Shown one piece after another: positions 13,352-26,429 of a stretch of DNA of 64,000 nt. The stretch covers positions 97,162,433 to 97,226,432 of the forward strand of contig NC_068981.1 in NCBI RefSeq assembly GCF_001194135.2. Reading direction: 5' to 3'. The notes beneath the pieces are model-generated. The model did no database searches, was not told where the DNA came from, and was given only the letters and a program-made list of their open reading frames with translations. Each line of letters begins with the position of its first letter. The stretch's first letter is position 1. Origin of the DNA: Octopus bimaculoides (lineage: Eukaryota). Made by a program: the position numbers and the translations under genes.

Positions 13352-13484
13352 AACATGTCTGCGCTATTTCCTCCCACCCAACTGGAAGATTGACAAAGAT
13401 TCTGTATCTAATATGTCCCTCTCAGAATTAGCAGCGTTTCCGTTGGATGACTTCTTCGACCATTACGAAAAAGGTTTACGTAAG
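13352..13484 (+). CDS. MORC2: MORC2-like ATPase, coding exon with the CLRYFLPP motif
   Basis: Acceptor atatctctcttAG|A and donor CGTAAG|GTAAGC. 133 bp = 1 + 44 codons: [44 protein letters not shown]. Resembles the remembered human MORC2 C-terminal [42 protein letters not shown]. Confidence 0.92.
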
Positions 13485-13995
13485 GTAAGCAGAACGAAAA
13501 TCATACAATTTTTAAATCCAAAAATTCATAATCACGGAGGTGTGAGTTCGAGTCTCATGGCTGGCCGCCCACACTTTTTTCTGCAAAATAGGGGATAGTT
13601 TATCCTGTTCAGGCTATATTATTAGCATTAGCCTGCGTTTGAGAATTTAAAATCACTTCTTTAACTTTGTAAGACATCTCAATGCTTCTAAAAGCAAACT
13701 TCGTTTGTTTGTTTACATTTATCGTAATTTGAATTTAAAAAAAAATATTTTTTTCAGATTTCTGAAGTGACTGGATTTTAGGGATAGCTTTATGAGTGTT
13801 GTTGTTGAATAATCTTAGTCCAAACAAACAATTGTAGTGGATTATTCAATATCCTAGCAGTGAGCCAAATGTACTACATACAAGGTTTGTCCTTGTAAGT
13901 CATTTTGTTGTTACAGTTAACTGTTTTTTTTTATTGTCTATCAATTAGAAATAAAGATATATTGAATTTATTTAGATATGCACATGAAACTTTAA

Positions 13996-14213
13996 CTCTT
14001 TAACATCCAGATCTCTCTGTCAAATGTAATGCTTATATTCACATTATTTTTAATTAATCATACATTATTTCTTTGCCTTGAGATTTGAATGTTGTGATTA
14101 TTTATTTTTAAAATGACATTGTAGGATATGTGAGAGGCTTGATCTGGGCAGTTTAAACATAAAACACACATAGAATATTTGGGTCAGATGTGGCTGGTTT
14201 AAATACTAAAGAG
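13996..14213 (+). mobile_element. piggyBac-like MITE, family 2
   Basis: TTAA|CTCTTTAACAT ... ATACTAAAGAG|TCAA. The body is shared with copies at 23.0, 26.4-27.0 and 42.8 kb. Confidence 0.7.
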
Positions 14214-14889
14214 TCAAGTCACTAAATCACATTCTATTAAAAGGATGTATCATGCTAAACTTATAAAAGACTGTAGTTTGTATTAATCTGTGAGTGAGTG
14301 TGTATGTGTGTTGCATTAGGCATTTGTGAGCAAAACAAAACAAGGAAAATCAAAAAAGACAATATACTCTCAGTAAAATAACATATATCTACTAACATTA
14401 TAATGGATCTCTGAGTCCCCAGAAACAGCTTTTGGACTTATAACATTTTACTTCCTCCCCTTCAATTTTCTCTGTCATTTGTACTCTGTGAAAGTTGGAT
14501 CTATTAATCTAAATATCTATATATTTATATTCAAATATTCATTGTCTGAAAGTCTCCACTCTCTGCTTTCTCTTGTTTTGCATGTATACATCCATATTTT
14601 GGATTTCATGCCCAAGCTGTTATATTTGATATATTTACCTGCGTAATTGCCTCTATGTTAAGATTTATATACATAAAAGAAACATGCCATAAAAAATTAA
14701 AAAAACCCAGGCCCAATGATATCCCTGGTGCAGTTACAGAATTGCATCAAGCACCACTCCCACCTATGTGACTTGCTACACCCATGACAGACCCTCCAAA
14801 TAAGTACTTGTCCACCTCACCGGCAACAGTCAAGATGCTGCCATCCAGGGGATTGAAAACAAGAGAGTTAAGAGGCTACATGATTTTGA

Positions 14890-15240
14890 GGTTCATATGA
14901 TTATTTGCTCTTTTTAGGTATTGCTGGATATTGATTAGCCTTTTCTCATCATGTAAAACAGATATGTGATAGTGGACTTTACCAACTTGAGCTGCAGCTA
15001 GAAGAGGGTGGTTCTCATCAACCTGTTGGGGTTGTCATTGATGTTCTGAACCTCCTGGACAAATTTGACCATCCTGATGATGTCTGACCACTGAGGATGT
15101 TTCTTCCTCCTAGTCACAAATGTCATGTCTCTATCAGAGGTTTCCAGCTCTTTCACAAAGGACCCAGTGATACTCAAGAAGATAGCAGTCTCAAACTGGT
15201 GTGTTTGACAGTTTGCACAACGAACACAGTGTACCATTTC
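14890..15240 (-). mobile_element. Tc1/mariner (maT/DD37D-like) transposase N-terminal remnant
   Basis: KELETSDRDMTFVTRRKKHPQWSDIIRMVKFVQEVQNINDNPNRLMR*...FYMMRKG resembles the remembered maT motif KELEASGGDV..VAKRKKH..RSDTVRTPEF.QQVQ.IIDE.P.KSMR...SYVMRRGQ. Contains stops. Confidence 0.55.
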
Positions 15241-15432
15241 ATTTCCTGTATCAGAGTGTAATCTGACATACTGATGCAGTCCTTACTGCTGAAACAGAAC
15301 TGAGAAAACTAGAATTTGGTATATGCCATGTAACATTATGTTAGATTATTTTCCATTTGTGTGTGTATATTAATTAATAAGATAGATACAAATTGCTTCA
15401 AAAGAGCTTTGATTTGTTTTGTTGTATTGCAG

Positions 15433-15549
15433 TTGGTGGGGAAGTTTCAAACTGAAGCAGCTGTTAAAAGTGAAGAGGCCGACACATACAAAGTGAAGAT
15501 GTCCTCACTTCGTAAATTGATACTTCGACTGCTGAAGAGGATAAATACA
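15433..15549 (+). CDS. MORC2: MORC2-like ATPase, coiled-coil exon
   Basis: Acceptor gttgtattgcAG|TTG and donor AATACA|GTAAGT. 117 bp, phase 0/0, only frame 0 open: LVGKFQTEAAVKSEEADTYKVKMSSLRKLILRLLKRINT (compare MORC2 KLRTNIVALLQKV). Confidence 0.88.
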
Positions 15550-15772
15550 GTAAGTTGTGTAATGTGGCATCTTAGTAAATGTTTGTTTGTTTGTTTTTTT
15601 ACTGACTCCTGTATGTGTTTGTAATGTTTTGTGTGTGATGTGCATGTGTCTACACACAATGCTGGTCAATGTTTGTACATCATATTAATGCACAAACACA
15701 GTTGATACATTCACCTAATTGGTATAAAAAAAGCAGCCATAAATATCAAAGATTAACATGCATGCATGTGCG

Positions 15773-15780
<8 letters not shown>

Positions 15781-15861
<81 letters not shown>
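15781..15861. repeat. (CA)n microsatellite
   Basis: Directly visible. Confidence 0.98.
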
Positions 15862-15863
<2 letters not shown>

Positions 15864-16171
15864 TTCATATATGCAGCACTCATGCATAAATGCAATCATG
15901 CGGGGAATAAAAATATTGTATGTGTGGATATAAGATAGAATGAGATATGTTTCAGGTGAATATTTATTCGTTACTATAATGAAATTATGAAATGTATACC
16001 AATTAGTACTGAAAATGTGCATTGCCTTCACTTCAGGAACTTACTGTTGAATATGCTTAACATATATATAAGGGTGTATAATATGACAGTACTTAGAAAT
16101 GAACAAAAAATTATAAAGCCTTTTTGATATTTTCACACTTATGATTCACCTGATGTTTTTGTCGTCATTGT

Positions 16172-16500
16172 CATCATCATCATCATCATTAATTAACGTC
16201 TGTTGTCCATACTGGCATAGGTTGGATGGTTTGACCAGAGCTTACAAGCTGGGGAGCTGCACCATACTCCAGTCTGATTTGGCATGGTTTCTATGGCTGG
16301 ATGCCCTTCCTAACACCAACCACTTTACAGAGTGTGCTGGATGCTTTTACATAGCACTGCACGGGTGCTTTTATGTGCCACTGCATGGTCGCTTTTACAT
16401 GTAGCCATGTGGGCTCTTTTATGTGTTGCTACATGGGTGCTTTTACATGACACTGCAAGGGCACTTTTATGTGGCACTGCCATGAGTGCTTTATGATACA
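16172..16500 (-). mobile_element. SINE family B with a ~24-bp internal minisatellite
   Basis: Family B tail plus about 7 GTGCTTTTA(C/T)(A/G)TG(G/C)CACTGCA units. Confidence 0.8.
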
Positions 16501-16629
16501 GTACAAACTGTTGAAATTGGACACGTGACAGGCAAGTTACTGTAGAGAAACACAAAACTGCTACAATACCCCCATTCCAACAACTGAGCTGAGGCTGACG
16601 AATAACATACAACATTCATTTAAAAAATT

Positions 16630-17542
16630 CTATTTCTAGTGATGCACCATTTTTTTTTCCCATTTAATCTGAATTGTCAATTTTTGTCAATTATATTTGA
16701 AACAAAAAATAGGACATTCTGCAAATGAAATAACAATGTGATAATCTTAAAAATTTTCATGAAAGCCTTCCAAAATTATTGTTCATGACCAATGAGCTCC
16801 TCACAATTACTTCCTTGAACAGTGCTGTCTCATGGATTGAAAGCATCAGCCATAGGGTCATCAACATTTGTTTTTTCAATTATGCCATCAATATCCTCAT
16901 CATCTGTTCCATCAGTAGCATTTAAAATCCCATATTTCTTAAATTTTACACTTTCTGATCTGTTTTCATGCTAGGTACCTATTTTCCATTCACATAGTGT
17001 TACTTGTGTGGAAGCTGTGTATGTTGCCTCCCTTAGTATATATTTTATGACATGGTAGTTCTTGTAAAATTACTATGTTTATTTGTCTGTCGCAGTGTTA
17101 AATCTTCTCTTTCATTCATAAACCCATCCATGGCCATGCTCTTTGTATCAGCTGTGACTTGTCTTAAAATCTGAAATATGCAATTTTTGTTATCAATTTC
17201 AAAGCAAAGATTTGATTTGATCCTCAGCAAACACCATATCCATTTTGTTGGTATTGTATTGTTTAGTACATGTATTTATTGTGCTATCCTAGAATTCTTC
17301 AGAAGTTGCAGGTGGTACTAACAGTTGTTTATGGTCAGTACATCAGCAACTGAAAATAGTATGTCATGTTTTTGTAATACTGGGTAACTGTGTCAACTTA
17401 CAAGACATTACATTAAATAAACATGACAAGACAAAGGAGATATAAATATTTATATATATATAAATGAGGTATATTTACACAGAAGAATAAGTAGTGTGTT
17501 TTTTTTTAAACCCTGTAGTCCTGACTCCATAAAATATGGTAC
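16630..17542 (-). mobile_element. internally deleted pogo-family transposon remnant
   Basis: Minus strand encodes FMNEREDLTLRQT (pogo HTH end, ~17090-17125) and KKYGILNATDGTDDED (pogo C-terminal KKCGISNALDG.EDD motif, ~16890-16940). The DDE core is missing and the boundaries are approximate. Confidence 0.6.
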
Positions 17543-17594
17543 TTTATTACTACGAGTATAATTTGTTGTTGTCTCCCCCCACCCAACTGTTGGT

Positions 17595-18000
17595 TTGACC
17601 TATCATCCTCATCACTTTTCCATGCTTGCATGAATCAGAGTTTGAGGCAGATTTTTCTACTGCTAGATGTCCTTCCTGTTGCCAACCCCCACCTGTTTCT
17701 GGGCAAGATAATATTTCCCTATGGTCAGACATTTCTTGCAAAATATTAGAAATGAATGACAGTGACAAACATTTTACAACTATTACATGATGTCAAGGCA
17801 AGAGAATGAAAACACACACACACAGAGGCAGACAGACAGAAGCTTTTTTCACTTTCCATCTCTCAATTCCTCTCACAAGGCTTTGAGTGGCTCTGGCTAT
17901 AGTAGAAGACATTTGTATCAAGACTCCACACAATGGGACTGAACTCAGAATCATGTAGTTAGAAAGAAAAATTCTAAACATACAACCATGCTTGCACCTA
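17595..18000 (-). mobile_element. SINE family A (tail 2)
   Basis: Same core and tail as the 5251 copy, reversed. Confidence 0.8.
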
Positions 18001-18588
18001 TTCATATATACATTGATTTTTTTGGTTAAAAATCCAAGTTTGAACTATACATGGATATATATAGTAATAATGACTTAAATGTTCAACATGTATAAAAATT
18101 GTTGACAATTAAAGCAAATTGAGGCTACAATGGTTATTCTATTGCAGTTGTTAATGATGAGCTGGCTTGGCATCATTGTCACTGCTGTAGTTATTTTTTC
18201 TGCCAAAGTGTGCATCCTGTTTTGTGCTGGATCCACTTGTTTTATTGATGTGATTGAATTACTGTTTCAGTTGATGCACTTTCCATTTGACATTGAAGGC
18301 CTATCACTGTTAACTGGGCTTGAATGGCTATGTGACAGCAAGGGGGGATTTGAACAGAGAATGCAAAACAGTTGGGCAAGAAACCATTAGGTATCTCATT
18401 AGATGTTCTTACAGTTTATACTGCCAATCTACTACAATGGACTAGTTCTTACCAGCCCCCAAATGATAAAAGGCAAGGTTGACCTCCAAGAGGGAAAAGA
18501 ACTTCTCAAAGTGCAGAGAGCTAGAACAAATACTGCACGGGAAGTTTATTTCACACACTTAACAACTCTATCAATTGTTAATTATTAT

Positions 18589-18631
<43 letters not shown>

Positions 18632-18632
<1 letters not shown>

Positions 18633-18838
18633 AGGTGATGAGCTGGCAAAAGTGTTAGCATGCTGAACAAAATGCTTAGCAGCATTTCAACAATCTCTGT
18701 GTTCTGAGTTCAAATTCTACTGAGGTTGACTTTGCCTTTCATCCTTTCATGGTTGATAAAATAAGTACTGGGGTAAATCTAACTGACTCACCCTCCCCTC
18801 AAAAACTGTTGGCCCTCTGCCAAAATTTGAAACTATTA
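18632..18838 (+). mobile_element. SINE family C
   Basis: AAGGTGATGAGCTGGCA head, B box GAGTTCAAATTC, central GGTTGACTTTGCCTTTCATCCTTT...ATAAGTAC domain (resembles the Meta-SINE core; unverified). Confidence 0.8.
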
Positions 18839-20171
18839 TTAGCACCATCTTCACCATTATTTTTGATATATTGGAGCAGCGTAGTAACTTGAATGGTCTC
18901 AATTATTGCTACTTGGTTAGAGATCTGTTATTTATGGGCTCAGTTTTGCCTCACTGTTCAGTTTGTGGTGGAAGGAAAGAATGAGAGAAAAGCATGTTAA
19001 AATAAATGGAGAGAGAGAGAGGAGGTGGGAGAGGTCAGACAGAAGAAAGGAAGGAATCAGAAGAGAGTGGACGAGATAATAAAGAGAAAGTAAAAAAAAG
19101 GAAGACGGAAATTTTGAGAGGAAGAAATACAAATAGGGGGAGAAGAAAAGTTTGAAGACAAGGAGAGAGTGAGTGGGAGAGAGAGATTCATAATGACAAA
19201 AATTGTTTTTCAATAAAATCAGAAAAATATTAACCGTAGTAATATTAGCTATATTAATAACTATGATGATGACAACAATATACAATTTCTATTATACAGA
19301 AAGTGCACCACTGATGTCAGATCACTAGGTGTGATATTTATGGAAGATAATAGCAGTGAAGCTTTTTACTTCTTTCATAAAGTGGGAAATCTTTTCGATC
19401 TCTAAGACAGTATTTTGGAAGATNNNNNNNNNNNNNNNNNNNNNNNNNNNNNNNNNNNNNNNNNNNNNNNNNNNNNNNNNNNNNNNNNNNNNNNNNNNNN
19501 NNNNNNNNNNNNNNNNNNNNNNNNNNNNNNNNNNNNNNNNNNNNNNNNNNNNNNNNNNNNNNNNNNNNNNNNNNNNNNNNNNNNNNNNNNNNNNNNNNNN
19601 NNNNNNNNNNNNNNNNNNNNNNNNNNNNNNNNNNNNNNNNNNNNNNNNNNNNNNNNNNNNNNNNNNNNNNNNNNNNNNNNNNNNNNNNNNNNNNNNNNNN
19701 NNNNNNNNNNNNNNNNNNNNNNNNNNNNNNNNNNNNNNNNNNNNNNNNNNNNNNNNNNNNNNNNNNNNNNNNNNNNNNNNNNNNNNNNNNNNNNNNNNNN
19801 NNNNNNNNNNNNNNNNNNNNNNNNNNNNNNNNNNNNNNNNNNNNNNNNNNNNNNNNNNNNNNNNNNNNNNNNNNNNNNNNNNNNNNNNNNNNNNNNNNNN
19901 NNNNNNNNNNNNNNNNNNNNNNNNNNNNNNNNNNNNNNNNNNNNNNNNNNNNNNNNNNNNNNTTATTTAATGATCTTTTTTTTCTTCTCTAAATTTCCTA
20001 TAACTGTTTTCTAATGAAGTGTTTGTCATGGTGTTGGGGAGTTGTGTTAAAAATCACAGCTCAACTTCAATCGTCCAGATGCGAGTGCCTCTCTTACAAT
20101 CAACAGCGCTGTTGACACCGTTAACATAACATATGGGCCTTCAGACGAAGATCTTCGCTTCCCACATCACA

Positions 20172-20219
<48 letters not shown>

Positions 20220-20401
20220 CATTCATGAACGACTGTACACAAGTTAAGCTTTATATGTGTCTATATAATGTATATAGGTAATATGTGTGAGTATACACAT
20301 TTTGTGCATTATTACATGTCTATATCTACATAGAAGTATGTATGCATATATTTTTACATGCAATTTAGCTCTTTCACTCTGTATGTGTGTGCGCATGTGT
20401 G

Positions 20402-20455
<54 letters not shown>

Positions 20456-22369
20456 TATATACATACACACAAGCACATTATATATAAACACATATACATA
20501 TACAGAAATATATATGCTTTGGTGTAAGTGTTTTGATGTAGTGCTGGTGTTTGCTCTTCCCACCTCTTGTTGCTCTTTAGTTATTTGTTGGTGTCTCTAA
20601 GGTAAAGGAATTGCCAAAAATGTGTCAGAGCTACAACACCAATAATCAAAGCTGGTGGAACCAATTTTTTTTTGTTTGTTTTTTGTCTTATTTTCTTTAG
20701 TGGCAATTCATTCTGCTCCTGAAAAACTTTGGCGCGGATGGTGTTAAAGTAATCGCTCAAGTGAACAACAAAGATTCTGGAGGAGCCATGTTTGGTGGTA
20801 GTGGCACTGGGTGATGATAAGTGTTGGCGGTGGTAGCAGTGGTGGTGGGGGAAGATGTTAAGGTGTTTGCCATGACTGTTGTTATTGTGGAAGATGTACT
20901 AATTGTGGGGTGAAAGTAAAGGTTGTTGTTTTACTGTTTTAGAGGCAGAATTTGTTGATGTCGTTAAAGGGGACAGATACATGACACATATACACTCGCA
21001 TGTGTGCATGCACATGAACATACACAAAGAAACTGTATGTGTGTGTGTGTGTGTGTGTATTATAAAAACAGTTAAATATATATATAGATAGAAGAATAGT
21101 AGGGGAAGAGGGGCTGATAATGAAGATAGAATAATTGTTGATGATATTAGTGATGATAATAGGGTTGCTTTGAGTAGGCTGAAAATAAAAGCAAGGAAGA
21201 GGAAATGTTGGTGGATGAGAAAAATAGAAGATGAAGTGAACAATTAAAACTGATTTTTTTTTTTCTTCTTTCCCCAAATAAATTTGTTTGGCACCATTTT
21301 TTTCTTATCTTGGTTGAAAATATTTTCAAAAAAAAAAAAAAAACATTGTAAAAATTCAAAAAGAGCAATGTCTATGAAGGTAAGTTGGGAGGAGAAACTA
21401 ATTTCTGTTGGGAGTTCTTTGTGTTATGTTGGTAAGATCTAAATTGTTATATTGAAGACAGTTGTCCCCTATGTGAGCAGAAATCTCTTTTTGGAAATGC
21501 CAAATAAATTTGGTAGCTTTTATTTTCGTTTTGTTTCTGAAACCCAAAGAGAAAGCATGTGATTGCTTTTTTTGTATTAATTAAATTCTGGCAAAGAGAG
21601 TTTTTGCTGTTGTTGCTGCTTAGATTGCATCTCTCCTTCCATCTGTTTCTCTTCCACTCATTCTCTCCCTCTTCCATTGGCGCCTGCAACTCTTTAGATT
21701 AAGAGATAATCCTGCTAGTCCATTGTAATAAAATTGTCCCTAGAATTGGACAGTTTCTTTCAAATATAAGTAAAATCTCTTGTGTGCACACTAAAGCTCA
21801 AATCTATTGACTAGTGAAAGTTACGGTAGTACTGCAAGCAGATTTGGTGTAGGGGCTATAGTTAAGAGGCTCCTGCATTTTGTGTAGACTCTGTGGAATT
21901 CTTTCTCTTACTCTCTCTCTCTCATTCATGTATGCTTAGAGCTCAACAATGTTTTCAATAAGTTATTGTTGTTTTTGGTAGTGCTATTGTGAGAAACACT
22001 TTCATTGCTGTGTTTTGGGTTTTAACTGGAACATTTATTTTATAACAGACCAAAAATATGAGATGAACAATGAAATGATAATGATGATGATGATGATGAC
22101 CAACGAAAAAGCCCTTGCATTGTTACTCAGCTTGCTAGAAATAGCAGCCAAGTTTCTTTCACCATACCCTGCCATGTTAAGAAAGGGAAGGTCACATTTG
22201 ATAATGTAGTTTGATATACACTGTGTCAGGGAAATAAAAAAGAAAGATAATTAAGGGATGGTCACAAATGGAGCACCTTTGACCATAGATCAGCTCAATC
22301 AGTATGGAGTTGGGGCTAAACAGCAACTAGGAGAATATTCCTTATCAATTTTTTTTTTAATTAAAGTTT

Positions 22370-22760
22370 GCTTTCCAACTACTTGATTCTGGGTTCAGTC
22401 CCACTGCATGGTACCTTGGGCAAATATCTTTTACTTTAGCCCTGGGATGACCAAAGCCTTGTTAGCGGCTTTGGTAGATGGAAACTGAAAGAGGTCTGTC
22501 GTCTACACACACATACACACACACATATATGTGTGTGTTTGTTTGTTTGTGTTTCCTTGTCATGATATCGTGTGATTGTTGTAAATGATTGTCACCATCA
22601 TTCATTTCCAATATTCTGCAAGACCATGGGAAAATATTACCTTGCTTGAAAACAGGTTAGTGTTAGTGACAGGAAGGGTATCCAGCCATAACAAAAATCA
22701 ATAAATTTTGTCCAACTGAGGCAGACGTGGAAAAGTGGATGTTAAATTGATGATGATGAT
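22370..22760 (+). mobile_element. SINE family A (tail 2)
   Basis: GGGTTCAGTCCCACTGCATGGTACCTTGGGCAAA ... (GAT)n. Confidence 0.8.
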
Positions 22761-23044
22761 TGAACACATTAGTGGTGATAGCCTTAACATGAAACTAAAC
22801 TGTGCCATTAGAGTATATCTTGGGCTCCTCTCTTATAGTTTTGGTTTCACCTGACTTGATACATTACTGTTTTCAGTATATAACCTATTCATACCAAATT
22901 AGCTTTTGTGGAGGCATACTGTATCAATTTTAATCCCCATGTTAACTGTCCCTGTAAGTGAAGCAGTATGTCTAGGTTATGATCCAGTGTACTTTTCAGA
23001 TACATGAGATGAATGCCATAACTTTTCAATTTTCTCTCCCTACA

Positions 23045-23238
23045 AGTTTGACTGGCCATATCCAACCTGATCAGTTTTATGTCTCAACCAGCCAGATCTG
23101 GCCTCTCACACCTACCCTACAATGTCATTCTAATAAAAAAATTTTTTAATGTTGAAGTTATGAGATAATGCATGATTAATTCAAAACAGTGTGAATAATA
23201 AGCATTACATTTGGCATTGTAATCTGGATGCTAATGGG
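23045..23238 (-). mobile_element. piggyBac-like MITE, family 2, partial
   Basis: Reverse-oriented homologue ending GATGCTAATGGG|TTAA. Confidence 0.65.
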
Positions 23239-23301
23239 TTAAACTGCCTCTGCTGCAAATACTGATCATAATAGGAGGCTTTGCAAATTAGCATAACTGC
23301 G

Positions 23302-23336
<35 letters not shown>

Positions 23337-23670
23337 ACACACACACACACATACACACACCACTGTAATCCCATAGGTACATTTTGTGAAATCATTGCCC
23401 ATCTCTCAATTTGATTATAATGGCCTGGTATGACATTAACTAGAAGAGGCATACATAAACTGAAAGTCAAGGTAATTACAATACTGATAATAATAAAGGT
23501 TTCTTTTGTTGGCCCAAGGCCACAAATTTGTAGGGGAAAGTAATTTAACTGAACCAGTATGTGACTGGTATTAATCAAATGACCACTAGAAGAATGTTAG
23601 TGCAAAATGTAAAGGGATGTAAACATTCTGAGTTTGAACAATTCTTATTGTTGTTTGAGATATTATTATT

Positions 23671-23890
23671 AAGATGGTGAGCTGGCAGAATTGTTAGCAT
23701 GCCGGGTGAAATGCTTAGTGATATTTTACCTGTTTTGCGTTCTGAGTTCAAATTCTGCCGAGGTCGACTTTACCTTTCACCCCTTTGGGGTTAATAAATT
23801 AAGTACCAGTGAAACACTTGGGTCAATGTAATCGACTCATTCCTGCCCCCAAAACTTCTGCCCTTGTGGCAAAATTTGAAACCATTAATA
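23671..23890 (+). mobile_element. SINE family C with an (AAT)n tail
   Basis: Full head, GCCGAGGTCGACTTTACCTTTCACCCC core, CAAAATTTGAAACC then (AAT)n. Confidence 0.85.
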
Positions 23891-23899
23891 ATAATAATA

Positions 23900-23937
<38 letters not shown>

Positions 23938-25069
23938 CTCACTTTCCTTAGCATTCTGAATGAGCATTTCAGTATTTCAGTTCTAAATATTAACTGGAAA
24001 TAACATTAGTTGGGATTGAAATGGTGACATTTATATTGAAGCAAAAGGACTCATCTCTGTGGTCATGTTATTACTTCACTCTATAGAATGTGGTCAGGCT
24101 GGTTAATTTCATATTGAAATCATTAAGTTCTCTTGTAGTGGTTAATGATGATGCATGGTGGTTGTGGTGGTGTTTGCTAGTGGTGGTATTGTTAATGAAA
24201 TTACTAATAGTTAATGGTAGCTCAGTCACTTGTTTGTAGTGATTGTGTGATCTCTGTTGCTAGTAAACACTATAGGTATCTGTTGTAGTTATGTGGTCAG
24301 TGTATCAGTGATAATGTATTATATTGAGTGTTATAGCAGAGACTGTCCATCCAGGAAATTTCCTCTGTTCTTTGCCCCATCTTTAAAATTGATTGATAGC
24401 TTCAGTTTGGCAAAGACCTTAATTAGTTTTCGAGTTGATTGCTAATTTATGACCTTGTGACCTCATTAATTTTGTTTATGACTCTGTCAGTGGAAGCTGT
24501 GGTACATCTGTCAGAAAGTTAGTTGGCTTTTCTTGTTCTCACAATAATTTTCTTTGCCTCTTACAAAACAAGACTCGAGCAGTTTACTTCGCATAATTTC
24601 TCTGTCTGTCTGCTTACTCACCCCTCGATGTGATACAGTCTGTTTGATGATGCTTTCATTCCATTACTGTCATTGACCATCCTCAAGTGAGCCATTAGAT
24701 TTTCATTGCCTGATCACTACTATTGATTGCATTCATGAATGTTTGATAATTATATTTTTGATAATTACTCATTTTCTCCTTTCTTTTCTCTCTCTCTTTC
24801 TCTCTTTAAACAATGTTGATGATGTTCATATTATCTGAGTTATAAATATCCTTTAAAATGATGTAGGTTATGATGATGATGTTGATACTGACCATGTTAT
24901 AAAACATATCTGTTTATTTTCTTTAAAATGGAGTAAAAATAGAAATATCTAAGGGTATTTCTTGAGGGCACCACCAGTGTTTTATGAACTATTGCTATAA
25001 AGAAACAAAACCGGTATTTGTGAAATTAGTTACTTGGTTGATCAAAAGCTACCATGTTTCTCTCATCAA

Positions 25070-25330
25070 ATGAATGCCTTTATGGAGACCTGTCAAATGT
25101 AAGCAAGAAGACCAAGCAAAAATGGCTGTGACTATCTGGTCACTGTGTGCGCCACCCTGAGCTGAAAGCATCCAAATTAGTCTTGTGGAACCTACTTCAT
25201 GGTGATGTAAGAAGAGGAAAACATTGCCACACTTAAATCAACAACTTGATCGAAGACATTGGCCTGGAATGTATCCAGGACCTTGAGGAAGTGATGTTGG
25301 ACTGGGAGGTGTGGCAGGTAGACTTAGTTA
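25070..25330 (+). mobile_element. RTE/RTEX LINE 3'-end remnant
   Basis: LSGHCVRHPELKASKLVLWNLLHGDVRRGKHCHT*INNLIEDIGLECIQDLEEVMLDWEVW, matching the RTEX-type C-terminus AGHC.RH.EL.AS.LVLW.P.HG...RG...TY.D.L..DTGL...M.DR..W. Confidence 0.75.
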
Positions 25331-25576
25331 CTGTGGCTTGGGTTAGAACCTGGCCACAAAAAACAAAACAAAAAAAAAAACAACTCTTTTCTTTAAAATC
25401 AGTCTGAAGATGAGGGCAGCAAGCCTGCTATTAAAGATCAAAATCAACCTAAGGAAACATCAACATCTTTTCTGGAATGTTTAAGCTACAACCTGCTCTT
25501 AGACCAGGCATACTTTGATACTTTTCAGCCAGTATTGACCCAGGCCATGTCTAACTTAACAGCACCACCTGCCTAA

Positions 25577-25730
25577 TCGGCGTCCACTGATGATATGCTC
25601 CACTGTGTACCGTTTATACATGAAACTGCTTGCCAAACGCATGCTTCTTGTAACTCCCCTCGATCTGGCGCAACGTGGCTTCATTAAATCTGCCGGGTGC
25701 AGTGAGAACTCCTTCTTGCTGCATTATCCT
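25577..25730 (+). mobile_element. R2/NeSL-type RT fragment
   Basis: RPLMICSTVYRLYMKLLAKRMLLVTPLDLAQRGFIKSAGCSENSFLL corresponds to RT domains 0-2 (RPI...YRL...LA.R ... QRGF....GC.EN). Confidence 0.75.
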
Positions 25731-26429
25731 ACTGATGGCACGGGGTGTGTGTGTGTGTATGTGTGTGAAGGATCCAGTGGATGGAGGTAGCCTTCCTTGA
25801 CCTTTTTTTAAGAAATAGGACCACATGAGCCCTAGCTCATCATCAGGCAGGTGGCACTGCTAAAAGATCTTTAGGTAATTTTGTATTAGGGATGTCATTC
25901 TTCAGAAAGGCTTGTGAGCCATAGTTCATCCATGACAGCCTTGGACATTTAGTTTGCTATGTTTTATAGTTCTTTCTCAGCAAAACTAACCAGAACTACT
26001 CAGCATCATCATTATCATCATCAACATTGTTGTTGTTACCACCACCACCTTCTTTAAATGGTTGTGTACCCAAGCACACTAACTTTCTCTCCTCCCTTCA
26101 AAACAAACCTTTCTACCACAATCTACAAATACATTTCTAAGCTCTTTCCAGCCCTTATCATTCTTGTACTGTCTGCTTTGAGCATGACTGCTTATCTAGT
26201 ACACCTTCTCCATAATTAATATCACAGCACCCCATTAGCAGCTACATTTCTCCAATGTTTTATATCGTTTGTGTTAGTGGAGTTTATTTCTACGAATTGA
26301 TCAATTTGAATAAATGCCCATGCAGAGCAGGCAGCTGCATCATCATTCTCCTTCACCCAACTGTTGATAATTCCATTGTCTGTCACTTATTTCACACCTG
26401 TTTATTCATTGCATGCCTCTCAAATCTGA

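Noticed and set aside
13540-13560. isolated B-box-like GAGTTCGAGTCTC after exon 13352-13484
   Set aside because: No A box or SINE body found.
19356-20014. long ORFs spanning X runs (also 29138-29609, 45815-47083, 47642-48170, 53397-54229)
   Set aside because: They are open only because of assembly N-gaps.
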